Positions 10,624-22,104 of a stretch of 37,181 nucleotides of DNA are shown piece by piece. The first letter of the stretch is position 1, and the number at the start of each line of letters is the position of its first letter. Where the stretch lies: the NCBI RefSeq assembly GCF_001194135.2, contig NC_069010.1, forward strand, positions 3,476,315 to 3,513,495. Reading direction: 5' to 3'. The notes under the pieces were generated by a model. The model was not told the origin of the DNA. It saw only the letters and a list, made by a program, of their open reading frames with translations, and made no database searches. The stretch comes from Octopus bimaculoides (Eukaryota). The position numbers and the translations under genes are program-made.

Positions 10624-10860
10624 GGTGGCGAGCTGGCAGAAACGTTAGCACGATGGGCGAAATGCTTTGCGGTATTTCGTCTGTCCTTACGTTCTGAGTT
10701 CAAATTCCGCCGAGGTCGACTTTGCCCTTCATCCTTTCGGGGGTCGATAAATTAAGTACCAGTTCCGCACTGGGGTCGATGTAATCGATTTAATCCCTCT
10801 GTCTGCCCTTGTTTGTTCCCTCTATGTTTAGCCCCTTGTGGGCAATAAAGAAATAAGAAA
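10624..10860 (+). mobile_element. Full-length tRNA-derived SINE (GGCGGCGAGC family)
   Basis: A-box/B-box-like head (gagttcaaattcc), conserved central gccgaggtcgactttgcc...aagtaccagt, tail aaagaaataagaaa; closely similar to 34248-34480. Confidence 0.88.
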
Positions 10861-11027
10861 TATTGGGTCGGTTTGCCATTGCCTTCCCAAACTGTATGGC
10901 CTTTGGTCTAAAAGGAACTCATCTGACCTTTGCCAGGTCTTGTTTTTTTTAGTCCTGCTGGTGTCCAGACACCCTCCTCACAAGAATAGCAAGCTACTTC
11001 ATGTGGGACAGCCAGTTTAGTCACTGA

Positions 11028-11067
<40 letters not shown>

Positions 11068-11363
11068 ACGTGGTGTAGAAAGGGTAAAGACCATTGTGTG
11101 TGTGTGTGTCTGTGTGTGTCTGTGTTTGTCTCCCACCAGGCTTGACAACTAGTGTTGGTGTGTTCACGTCCCCGTAAGCTAGCAGTTCAGCAAAAGAGAT
11201 CAATAGAATAGGTACCAGGACCAATAGAATAAGTCCCTCTACTAGGGTTGATTCATTTGACTAAAGAATTTTTCAAGGTAGTGCTCCAGCATGGCCGCAG
11301 TCTAATGATTGAAGCAAATAAAAGATAGAAGATATGTATATATCCATCCATCTATCTGTCTAC

Positions 11364-11403
<40 letters not shown>

Positions 11404-12572
11404 ATATAGATATATATATATATATATATANNNNNNNNNNNNNNNNNNNNNNNNNNNNNNNNNNNNNNNNNNNNNNNNNNNNNNNNNNNNNNNNNNNNNN
11501 NNNNNNNNNNNNNNNNNNNNNNNNNNNNNNNNNNNNNNNNNNNNNNNNNNNNNNNNNNNNNNNNNNNNNNNNNNNNNNNNNNNNNNNNNNNNNNNNNNNN
11601 NNNNNNNNNNNNNNNNNNNNNNNNNNNNNNNNNNNNNNNNNNNNNNNNNNNNNNNNNNNNNNNNNNNNNNNNNNNNNNNNNNNNNNNNNNNNNNNNNNNN
11701 NNNNNNNNNNNNNNNNNNNNNNNNNNNNNNNNNNNNNNNNNNNNNNNNNNNNNNNNNNNNNNNNNNNNNNNNNNNNNNNNNNNNNNNNNNNNNNNNNNNN
11801 NNNNNNNNNNNNNNNNNNNNNNNNNNNNNNNNNNNNNNNNNNNNNNNNNNNNNNNNNNNNNNNNNNNNNNNNNNNNNNNNNNNNNNNNNNNNNNNNNNNA
11901 AGTTACGGGGACGTAAACACACCAGCATCAGTTGTCGAGCAATGCTAGGGGGACAAACACAGACAAACAAACACACACACACATATATATATATATATAC
12001 ATATATACGACGGGCTTCTTTCAGTTTCCGTCTACCAAATCCACTCATAAGGCTATAGTAGAAGACACATTGCGCCTCCACATTTGAGCCAGATACGACC
12101 ACTTTAAATACTAAAGGGTTATCATTTAAACATTTACATATATATGTTTATTTTTAGAACGACATTGTAGGGTAGGCGTGAGAGGTTAGATCTGGCCTAG
12201 TTTTCAATTAACCGTGCATCATCTCATAGATTTGGAATTTCAATGATTTTAGAGTGTATATTTCTAGAATGACATCGTAAGAGACCATATCTGTCTGGTT
12301 TGAACTTAAAACAAGTAGAATATTTGGCTGGTTTAAATGCTATAGGATTAAAGGCACACCAGGAAGGGCGCAACGTATAAGATGTCGGGAATTATCATAT
12401 ACCACAGGGAAACACAACAGGAAGACAACAACCCCTTTTACATTCTAAGAGACCACTATGGGAAAGTCTGCCAGTTCTTGTCAGACGTACCTAACAAAGT
12501 AGATAATTATGTGATACAAGGGAGATAACTCCTCCCAACCTATTTTTTCCCATGCCCACTGTAACTTTTCCC

Positions 12573-12780
12573 TTTTACTCTTTTACTTGTTTCATTCATT
12601 TGACTGTGCTGGGGTACCGCCTTTTAGTCGAGCAAATCGACCCCAGGACTTATTCTTTGTAAGCCTAGTACTTATTGTGTCGGTCTCTTTTTTGCCGAAC
12701 CGCTAATGTTACGGGGACATAAACACACCAGCATTGGTTGTCAAGTGAAGTTGGGGGGATAAACACAGACACACAAACAT

Positions 12781-12829
<49 letters not shown>

Positions 12830-12991
12830 CGACGAGTTTCTTTTAGTTTCCGTCTACCAAATCCACTCACAAGGCTTTGGCCGGCCCAAGGCTATAGTAG
12901 AAGACACTTGCCCAAGGTGCCACGCAGTGGGATTGAACCCAGAACCATGTGGTTGGTAAGCAAGCTACTTACCACACAGCCACTCCTGCCC
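12573..12991 (-). mobile_element. Full-length composite SINE with internal CA/TA microsatellite and (GTAAAAGA)n-type tail
   Basis: Head (rev) ggcaggagtggctgtgtggtaagtagcttgct; core gtggcaccttgggcaagtgtcttctactatagcc; same family as 29190-29619 and 31820-32226. Confidence 0.88.
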
Positions 12992-13310
12992 CTTTTTTTA
13001 TTAATATTTCATAATTATATACTTTCGTTAAAGAAATATCCACACTAGGGTATTAAAATACAGTTAGACTGTAGCAAACAGTCTTCACATAGTATGCTTG
13101 ACTGGGGGGAGATTGGTTTGGCTAGACTAAGTACAGGTGTTTTATGTTTGCTATGAAAAAAAAAAAAGATTTTCATAATTTCATGTCCAACTAAAATAAG
13201 ACACAAAATTTTGGATCCCACACCCCAACCCAATTCTCCCAAGCCCCACCGGTGGGGCGTGTGCTCCATGTTGGAAATCACTACTAGAATATCGCCGACA
13301 TCCAACACAC

Positions 13311-13560
13311 AGAAATTTCGGATCTTTCTGATTTGACGGGCAGTAATTGTTTTCACCTTAATAGACGTCAGTGATTGGTTGAAATTACTGAAATACGACA
13401 ATTTTTTACATGAAATAACTTCGAATACAAAAATTTTTATCTGTTCTATAACACAAAATATACAAGTATACGAAGTTTGAAAGTGTTTCGGTATCAAAAC
13501 CACTACATAAAACGTAAATGAAAAGTGTTGCCCGTTAAATCAGAAAGATCCGAAATTTCT
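13311..13560. mobile_element. MITE, 250 bp, 32-bp TIR
   Basis: agaaatttcggatctttctgatttgacgggca (13311-13342) vs tgcccgttaaatcagaaagatccgaaatttct (13529-13560), 1 mismatch. No clear TSD. Confidence 0.8.
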
Positions 13561-15097
13561 TTTCTCATTTTGGTTTGCCCCCGTTAATATCCTACCTAAG
13601 GAGAAATTCATTTACTCATTTACCATTACACACAAGATAATGTCCTACCCAAATTAACATCCTGTCCAGGAGGAATTCCATTCCTTCTTTTTCTTCCTGC
13701 CACAATAATGTTAGTTCGNNNNNNNNNNNNNNNNNNNNNNNNNNNNNNNNNNNNNNNNNNNNNNNNNNNNNNNNNNNNNNNNNNNNNNNNNNNNNNNNNN
13801 NNNNNNNNNNNNNNNNNNTCCCTTAGATTGAATCGTTAAAGCTTTAAGTGGGCCGTTGGCTGACAAGACTAAATCAGTTCCCGCTGTCTCTCTCAAGCAA
13901 AGCGTACAGGCTCAAGAGATATCTGCTGATGATACGGACGGGTTTCTAAAATTGCGATGGATTGGGAAGACAAGCTTCTAATATCTGTGTGTAAGGCATT
14001 CCTACACAATCCATCTCCATTTCACCTTAGTAGCTTCTGAACAGCGGTTTTCAAATTGAGTTCTGGAAAAACAAAAATTCAGGAGATAGGCAAGACGTAG
14101 CTAGTAATTTTTAATAGAATTTAATGAAACACACACAGACGTGGCCATGTAAAAAAGAAAAAGTTGAGCGGACAAGGGGAACCTTCACCACACCCACTTC
14201 CGGTTTTTTTTTGGGTTTTTTTCTTCTTCTATTGAAAACTCTGTTTTCGGGTACGGAGGTTCCGAATCTNNNNNNNNNNNNNNNNNNNNNNNNNNNNNNN
14301 NNNNNNNNNNNNNNNNNNNNNNNNNNNNNNNNNNNNNNNNNNNNNNNNNNNNNNNNNNNNNNNNNNNNNNNNNNNNNNNNNNNNNNNNNNNNNNNNNNNN
14401 NNNNNNNNNNNNNNNNNNNNNNNNNNNNNNNNNNNNNNNNNNNNNNNNNNNNNNNNNNNNNNNNNNNNNNNNNNNNNNNNNNNNNNNNNNNNNNNNNNNN
14501 NNNNNNNNNNNNNNNNNNNNNNNNNNNNNNNNNNNNNNNNNNNNNNNNNNNNNNNNNNNNNNNNNNNNNNNNNNNNNNNNNNNNNNNNNNNNNNNNNNNN
14601 NNNNNNNNNNNNNNNNNNNNNNNNNNNNNNNNNNNNNNNNNNNNNNNNNNNNNNNNNNNNNNNNNNNNNNNNNNNNNNNNNNNNNNNNNNNNNNNNNNNN
14701 NNNNNNNNNNNNNNNNNNNNNNNNNNNNNNNNNNNNNNNNNNNNNNNNNNNNNNNNNNNNNNNNNNNNNNNNNNNNNNNNNNNNNNNNNNNNNNNNNNNN
14801 NNNNNNNNNNNNNNNNNNNNNNNNNNNNNNNNNNNNNNNNNNNNNNNNNNNNNNNNNNNNNNNNNNNNNNNNNNNNNNNNNNNNNNNNNNNNNNNNNNNN
14901 NNNNNNNNNNNNNNNNNNNNNNNNNNNNNNNNNNNNNNNNNNNNNNNNNNNNNNNNNNNNNNNNNNNNNNNNNNNNNNNNNNNNNNNNNNNNNNNNNNNN
15001 NNNNNNNNNNNNNNNNNNNNNNNNNNNNNNNNNNNNNNNNNNNNNNNNNNNNNNNNNNNNNNNNNNNNNNNNNNNNNNNNNNNNNNNNNNNNNNNNN

Positions 15098-15560
15098 TAA
15101 AAGATGGGCTGCAGCAAATATTCTGCTCAATACCACAGATTTGCTTATCAGTTGTTTGACCTTAACAAGCTGAGCATGTGGCTGACGATATGTGCATCTC
15201 TGATCACAAGGAGAAGTAGCGGGGGAGCATCATAGCCATGTGTTGAGAGGAATTCTTTGGGGTTTGAATGATTCACCTTTGGAAACATGGGTGTTTTGCT
15301 CAACATTCTTAAACAAATGTTATTCAGGGACCTTTTGAGCTGGATGGGCTACTCGACCTGAAGAAGATTCTAACTGAGCTCCACCTGCGAGGTCATGCGC
15401 TGGCTGTTTATCTTGATATGAGATCACCATGTCACGCACATATGGTTGTGATGCATGTGCCTGGTGTACCCTTATCACATGGGTAGTCATGATGGGTATA
15501 TTGGACTTCGTATATTTTACCCCAGTGTCACTTTGATGGCATGCACTGCTCTCCCACTCA
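15098..15560 (+). mobile_element. Non-coding interspersed repeat ending in (AAT)n; inverted copy of 17478-18027
   Basis: Reverse complement of most of 17478-17935; 3' end gcatgcactgctctcccactc followed by aataataataa; the 5' end runs into a gap. Confidence 0.82.
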
Positions 15561-15659
15561 ATAATAATAAGAAGAAGAAGAAGTAGAAGAACAAGAAGAA
15601 CCTGATGGTTCTGCCAATTCTCCACTTTACATCCTAAGCACGATAATACTAATTAATAA

Positions 15660-16015
15660 GAATTAATTCAAATTTTTGCCACAAAGGCAGCTTGAAGAAA
15701 GTGGGAATGAGTCGATTACAATGACTCCAGTGTGTAACTGGTACTTACTTTAATTGACCCTGAAAGGATGAAATAATAATAATAATCTTTTCTATTTTAG
15801 GCACAAGGCCTGAAGTTTTAGGGAAGGGGACTAGTCGATTACATCGACCCCCAGAATTTCACTGGTACTTAATTTATTGACCCAAGCCCCACCCCACCCA
15901 AAGGACAAAAGGCAAAGTTGACCTTGGCGGAACTTGAACTCAGAACGTAGCAATGGGTGAAATACCGCTAAGCAATTTCATCCACCATGCTAACAACTGT
16001 GCCAGTTCGCTGCCT
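15660..16015 (-). mobile_element. Two diverged SINE copies (GGCGGCGAGC-related subfamily)
   Basis: Reverse-strand head gcagcgaactggcacagttgttagc and core ttgacctttcagggtcaattaaagtaagtaccag; embedded in TAA tracts. Confidence 0.7.
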
Positions 16016-16024
16016 TATATAATG

Positions 16025-16168
<144 letters not shown>

Positions 16169-17298
16169 GTAGTAGTAGTAGTAGTAGTAACCACAACAAT
16201 AACAACAACAAGAATTTAATGGCTGTTCTTTTAACTGAATGACTTTGTACTAGGCTACCAGCTTCCGAATCGTCCCACCAATTAAAAATTCCAATAACGA
16301 CAAAGCAAAGAGCCAATTAGTGGAGGGTGTCTGGAAGGGTTGGGAGGTGAGTGGTGGTGGTGGTGGTGGTGGTGGGGAGGACACTGGGAATGCTGTGGTG
16401 TGTTAATTAGGTTATTCTTTTAATTGGTTCTGTTGTGTTGTGTTGGCTACCTCAGACACATTTCAGACTATGGTATATATATTTATACATACACACACAT
16501 GCATGTGCACACACACAGACACACACACACGCACACACGAATGTGTGTGTGTGTGTGTGCATGTGTATATGTATATTTAGGTATATACATACATACATAT
16601 GTGTGTGTGTGTATATATACACACACACACACACACACACATACACATATAGGCGCAGGAGTGGCTGTGTGGTAAGTAGCTTGCTTACCAACCACATGGT
16701 CCTGGGTTCAGGCCCACTGCAACGGCCACGCTCAAAATGGGGTATTTTACGTGCCACCTGCACAGGAGCCAGTCCAGTGGCACAGGCAATGATCTTGCTT
16801 GAATGTCTTTACATGTGCCACCGGCACAAGTGCCAGGAAGGCGACGTTGGGCACAGGTGCCATCACAATTTCGCTTTCGTTTGCCCTAAATAAATAATGC
16901 AGAATGGGACAAGAACGTAAAACATCAAGACAGTTAGAAAAGGAGTTTGACAGGCACCGGCAAGGCCAGGGGTCACGTCAGTTTCTATAGTCTGTTTTGA
17001 CTTGGTTTCTGTGGCTGACTGCCCTTCCTAATGCCAACCACTTTATAGAGTGTACCGGGTGCTTTTTATGAGGCATCAGCACCAGTGCTTTTAGCATGGT
17101 ACCATCAGCAGCGCTTTATATGTTTGCATGCATCCACACACACATGCACACTTCCATGCTCATTCAACCAATAACTGTGCTTTTTTGCTCTCTTCATGTG
17201 CAGGAACTGCGCGGACATGTTTACCACAGCGCCCGATGAGACTTCGTCTAAACAGATGTAGAAGAACACCCAAACTAAAGGACACAAAGTAAGTATCA

Positions 17299-17329
<31 letters not shown>

Positions 17330-17477
17330 GGTTTTGTTGTTATTGTTTCTGTATTCTACATGAGCTGTTATTCAAAGGTTTCAAGTAACAAGTTGAATGT
17401 TTTACTATGGCTGTTAATTATGATTAGTGATAATTGTCCTGAAGAGAGACTAAATACTGAAATTTATTATTATTATT

Positions 17478-18027
17478 GAGTGAGAGAGCAGCACATGCCA
17501 TCAAAGTGATGTTGGGGTAAAATATATGAAGCCCATTCTACCCATCATGACTACCCGTCTGATAAGGGTACACCAGGCACATGCATCACAACCATATGTG
17601 TGCGACATGGTGATCTCATATCAAGATAAACAGCGCATGACCTCGCAGGTGGGGCCCAGTTAGAATTCTCTTCAGGTCGAGTGGCCCATCCCACTCAAAA
17701 GGTCCCTGAATAAGGTTCGTTTAAGGATGTTGAGCAAAACACCCATGTTTCCAAAGGTGAATTATTCAAACCCCAAAGAATTCCTCTCAGCACATGGCTA
17801 TGATGCTCCCCCGCTACTTCTGCTCGTGATCAGAGATGCACATATCGTCAGCCACAAAGGGACATGCTCAACTGGTTAAGGTCAAACAACTGAAAAACAA
17901 ATCTGTGGTATTAAGCAAAATATTTGCTATAGCCCATCTTTTATACCAAGACAATGTACATGATAACACTTCCAATCAATTAAGATTAGAAGCCATGAGA
18001 GCCACTGCCTGGTACTGCATCCGGGCA
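17478..18027 (-). mobile_element. ~550-bp non-coding interspersed repeat flanked by (TTA)n on both sides
   Basis: Matches 15098-15560 (inverted) and a fragment at about 6992-7075; all copies abut TAA/TTA tracts. Confidence 0.82.
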
Positions 18028-18031
18028 TATT

Positions 18032-18110
<79 letters not shown>

Positions 18111-18427
18111 ATTGGTCAACATTCGGTAGTTTGAGACAAATTTCACTACATCATCTGCTACACCTCTGTGTACTGGGGTGTGTGTTCTTTTCTGTTGTTG
18201 GGAGTGCGTGAACTCTTCCTGGTATTGTATTGTGTTAGTTTTTATTTTTCTCATTTGAGGTGTGGTGCAGTCTTTTGTTTTATTACTGCTTGTATTGCGT
18301 ATTGAGTGCGTAATGTGTTGGTTAACTGGATTGCTGGTGGAAGTTTATTTCACCGGGTAATTGCTGTATAGAGTGTGCCTTCTGCCTGTGGGTTGTTTTG
18401 TTTAGGTTGTATTATTGAATTGATAGT

Positions 18428-18730
18428 CTGAACAGGATAAACTACACCTATTTTGCAGAGAAAAGTGTAGGTGGCTATTTGTAGTGGGTAGTTTAGCTTA
18501 ATCGGTCAAAGCATCGTGACATGTAATCACGGGGATGTGGGTTCATGTCCACAGCTAGCCACCTACACTTTTCTCTGCAAAATAGGGGTAGTTTATCCTG
18601 TTCAGGCTATTTTATTAGCATTATTCTGCGATTGAGAATTTTAAAAAATCACTTCTTTAACTTTCTAAAAGACATCTCAACGCTTCTAAAAGCAAACTTC
18701 GTTTGTTTATTTACGTTTGTCGTAATTTGA
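18428..18730. mobile_element. 303-bp insertion with exact 14-bp TSD, 50-bp inverted repeat and tRNA-like core
   Basis: ATTGAATTGATAGT at 18414-18427 and 18731-18744; IR arms 18428-18477 and 18556-18605 (49/50). Confidence 0.88.
18487..18560 (+). pseudogene. tRNA-Thr(TGT)-like sequence (non-canonical cloverleaf)
   Basis: Acceptor GGTAGTT/AGCTAGC (one mismatch); D-stem GCTT/AAGC; anticodon arm TCGTGA-CATGTAA-TCACGG (6 bp, loop centre TGT); T-arm GTGGG-TTCATGT-CCAC (one C short). A-box TAGCTTAATCGG; TTTT at 18569-18572. Confidence 0.6.
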
Positions 18731-18974
18731 ATTGAATTGATAGTGTTATGTGTAGGATGTAGGCTGTTCTTAGCAGGGCTATATTTCAGTGTTGGCTCCA
18801 AATTCTGTAGAGTATCTGTGGAAATAACTTTAGAAAATGGTATAATGTTTATGTGTAACTAAATGGTCTCACCAAAAATCTAAAATGGACTTGGTTTATA
18901 TGGGAAGCAGCATACAGCCAAATTCAGCCGAACCATTTAACGAAAGTATCCAATAATCCATCTATCCAAGTTAC

Positions 18975-20780
18975 AGATGCATTTGATAATGTAGTCCTAG
19001 ATACACTTTGCCAGAATAAATCACATCTGAAACACATTTGATCGGAGGTCTGCTTGATAAAATCTGTCCTAGGGCTAAACAACAACAACCGAGGATGATA
19101 CATTGAATAAAATAGTCTTAGATACACTATGTCTGAATCCAAGATGGGGGGGGTGATCGTGGCTGCAACATCTATGACCATAGGTCTCCTGAATCAGGAC
19201 TGACCTGGGGCTAAACATCGACAAAAAGGAAGAGCACATTAGATAATGTAGTCCTAGATACACTATATCTGAGTATCAGAGCCTATCTTGTGGGGAGTGG
19301 GTGGTGGTGGTTGTGGTGGTGGGGGCTGTACAACTATATAAAGTATTCCTAGATACACGATGTCTGAATAAAAGACAAATTGCTCCTGGCTGAAGCACAT
19401 TTGATTAGGGGCCTACTGGACAAGGACTAACCTGGGGCTAAATAACAGTCAAGAACAAGAGCAAATTAGATAATGTAGTCCTAGATACACCATGCCTGAA
19501 GAAAAGACAAAATGGTCACAGTTTGAATATATTTAATCCGGGGTCAACAGGATCAGGACTGACCATGGGCTAAACAACAACAATATGGAAGGGCACATTA
19601 GACAATGTACTCCTAGATAAACCATGCCTGAAGAAAAGAATGATCACGGCTGGAACACATCTGATCAGTGGTCAAGTGGATCAGGACTGACCTGGGTTTA
19701 AAATATTATCAGGAAGAAGAGCACATTAGACAATGTACTCCTAGATAAACCATGCCTGAAGAAAAGAATGGTCACGGCTGGAACACATCTGATCAGTGGT
19801 CAAGTGGATCAGGACTGACCTGGGTTTAAAATACTATCNNNNNNNNNNNNNNNNNNNNNNNNNNNNNNNNNNNNNNNNNNNNNNNNNNNNNNNNNNNNNN
19901 NNNNNNNNNNNNNNNNNNNNNNNNNNNNNNNNNNNNNNNNNNNNNNNNNNNNNNNNNNNNNNNNNNNNNNNNNNNNNNNNNNNNNNNNNNNNNNNNNNNN
20001 NNNNNNNNNNNNNNNNNNNNNNNNNNNNNNNNNNNNNNNNNNNNNNNNNNNNNNNNNNNNNNNNNNNNNNNNNNNNNNNNNNNNNNNNNNNNNNNNNNNN
20101 NNNNNNNNNNNNNNNNNNNNNNNNNNNNNNNNNNNNNNNNNNNNNNNNNNNNNNNNNNNNNNNNNNNNNNNNNNNNNNNNNNNNNNNNNNNNNNNNNNNN
20201 NNNNNNNNNNNNNNNNNNNNNNNNNNNNNNNNNNNNNNNNNNNNNNNNNNNNNNNNNNNNNNNNNNNNNNNNNNNNNNNNNNNNNNNNNNNNNNNNNNNN
20301 NNNNNNNNNNNNNNNNNNNNNNNNNNNNNNNNNNNNNNNNNNNNNNNNNNNNNNNNNNNNNNNNNNNNNNNNNNNNNNNNNNNNNNNNNNNNNNNNNNNN
20401 NNNNNNNNNNNNNNNNNNNNNNNNNNNNNNNNATAAACCATGCCTGAAGAAAAGAATGGTCACGGCTGGAACACATCTGATCAGTGGTCAAGTGGATCAG
20501 GACTGACCTGGGTTTAAAATACTATTAGGAAGAAGAGCACATTAGACAATGTACTCCTAGATAAACCATGCCTGAAGAAAAGAATGGTCACGGCTGGAAC
20601 ACATCTGATCAGTGGTCAAGTGGATCAGGACTGACCTGGGTTTAAAATACTATCAGGAAGAAGAGCACATTAGACAATGTAGTCCTAGATACACCATGCC
20701 TGATCACAACTTGAATACGGTTGATCCGAGGTCAGCTGGATCAGCAGTGACCAAGGGCTAAACAACAAGAAGAAGAACAA
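18975..20780 (+). repeat. Tandem array of ~128-bp units (at least 10 visible units, interrupted by a gap)
   Basis: The CTAGATA-type marker recurs at about 18997, 19117, 19254, 19349, 19481, 19613, 19741, then 20557, 20685; the spacing is exactly 128 bp in the homogeneous part. Confidence 0.92.
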
Positions 20781-20993
20781 CAACATCTTTTCATCGGCAG
20801 CTGTAATTGCTTACTGTGTCTGTTGCTATTGGTTACGGGAGGCAGTGGCATCGATTTCGGGACAGCTTCAGCTTCATCATCAATCTATAGGAGTTGCTGA
20901 CATGACAAAACATGGCAGATCATTAATGGGCTGACACACAGACAGACACACACACACAGCACTGCACCGATGTGTATACACACATCTGACAAG

Positions 20994-21025
<32 letters not shown>

Positions 21026-21343
21026 NNNNNNNNNNNNNNNNNNNNNNNNNNNNNNNNNNNNNNNNNNNNNNNNNNNNNNNNNNNNNNNNNNNNNNNNNNN
21101 NNNNNNNNNNNNNNNNNNNNNNNNNNNNNNNNNNNNNNNNNNNNNNNNNNNNNNNNNNNNNNNNNNNNNNNNNNNNNNNNNNNNNNNNNNNNNNNNNNNN
21201 NNNNNNNNNNNNNNNNNNNNNNNNNNNNNNNNNNNNNNNNNNNNNNNNNNNNNNNNNNNNNNNNNNNNNNNNNNNNNNNNNNNNNNNNNNNNNNNNNNNN
21301 NNNNNNNNNNNNNNNNNNNNNNNNNNNNNNNNNNNNNNNNNNN

Positions 21344-21402
<59 letters not shown>

Positions 21403-22014
21403 TATATACATGCACAGATATATGCTCAGCTATACATACATGAGTATACATATGCATGTAGATGTATAAACACACATATACACACACATGCATATATATA
21501 CACACACATGCATATACACACACACACACACATGCATATTCATATACATACATATGTACATATGTATATTCTATATGTGTGTGTATACACACACATGTGT
21601 GCACACATTTAGGTATGCACAGGTGTATACATATATGCATATTTATGCACATGGATGTATAGAGATATAGACACATACATATATGTATATACACAGACAG
21701 GCACATATGCAGGTATATATATATATCTATGTGCATATGCATGCATACACATATATAGACGCATATGCACATATCTATTTACGCATGCACACATTTACAT
21801 GAAGACATATGTACACATATTCACAGCAGGCATATAAGCATATACACACACACACATGCATACATACACACACATGCATATTTATGCATACATATATAGG
21901 TATATAGACATACGACTGATATGCAATAACATAGACACACAAAAGCACAGAACACGCTCACACACACACACACACACACATGCATGTATATACACGTGCG
22001 TGAGCACACTTTTC

Positions 22015-22092
22015 TTTTGGTTGGCACTCCGTCGGTTACTACGACGAGGGTTCCAGTTGATCCGATCAACGGAACAGCCTGCTCGTGAAATT
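22015..22092 (-). mobile_element. Short 3' fragment of SINE (GAGTGCCAAC tail)
   Basis: Reverse complement of the end of 8260-8650. Confidence 0.75.
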
Positions 22093-22104
22093 CAGGTTCA
22101 GTTC

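Larger units (their letters stand above)
18112..18900 (-). mobile_element. Decayed 3' end of REL-endonuclease LINE (R4/Dong-like), interrupted by a 303-bp insertion
   Basis: Removing 18428-18744 restores ...NIALLRTAYILHITLSIQ*, resembling the IQKIALLGTAHILR-type C-terminus of R4/Dong-like ORFs. The 3' UTR runs into the (AAT)n tract. Confidence 0.65.

Noticed and set aside
13045-13503. 152-aa minus-strand ORF
   Set aside because: It overlaps a MITE and AT-rich flanks; no splice or homology support.
13719-13818. Contiguity across this gap
   Set aside because: Exactly 100 Ns suggests a placeholder of unknown size, so I drew no distance-based conclusions across it.
18470-18563. GGTGGCTA...TAGCCACC as a bacterial tRNA-His acceptor stem
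   Set aside because: These are just the inner ends of the 50-bp inverted repeat; the enclosed sequence folds better as a shorter Thr-like cloverleaf.
18975-20780. Regular 128-bp repeats as a CRISPR-like array or coding repeat
   Set aside because: There are no unique spacers, the context is eukaryotic, and 128 is not a multiple of three.
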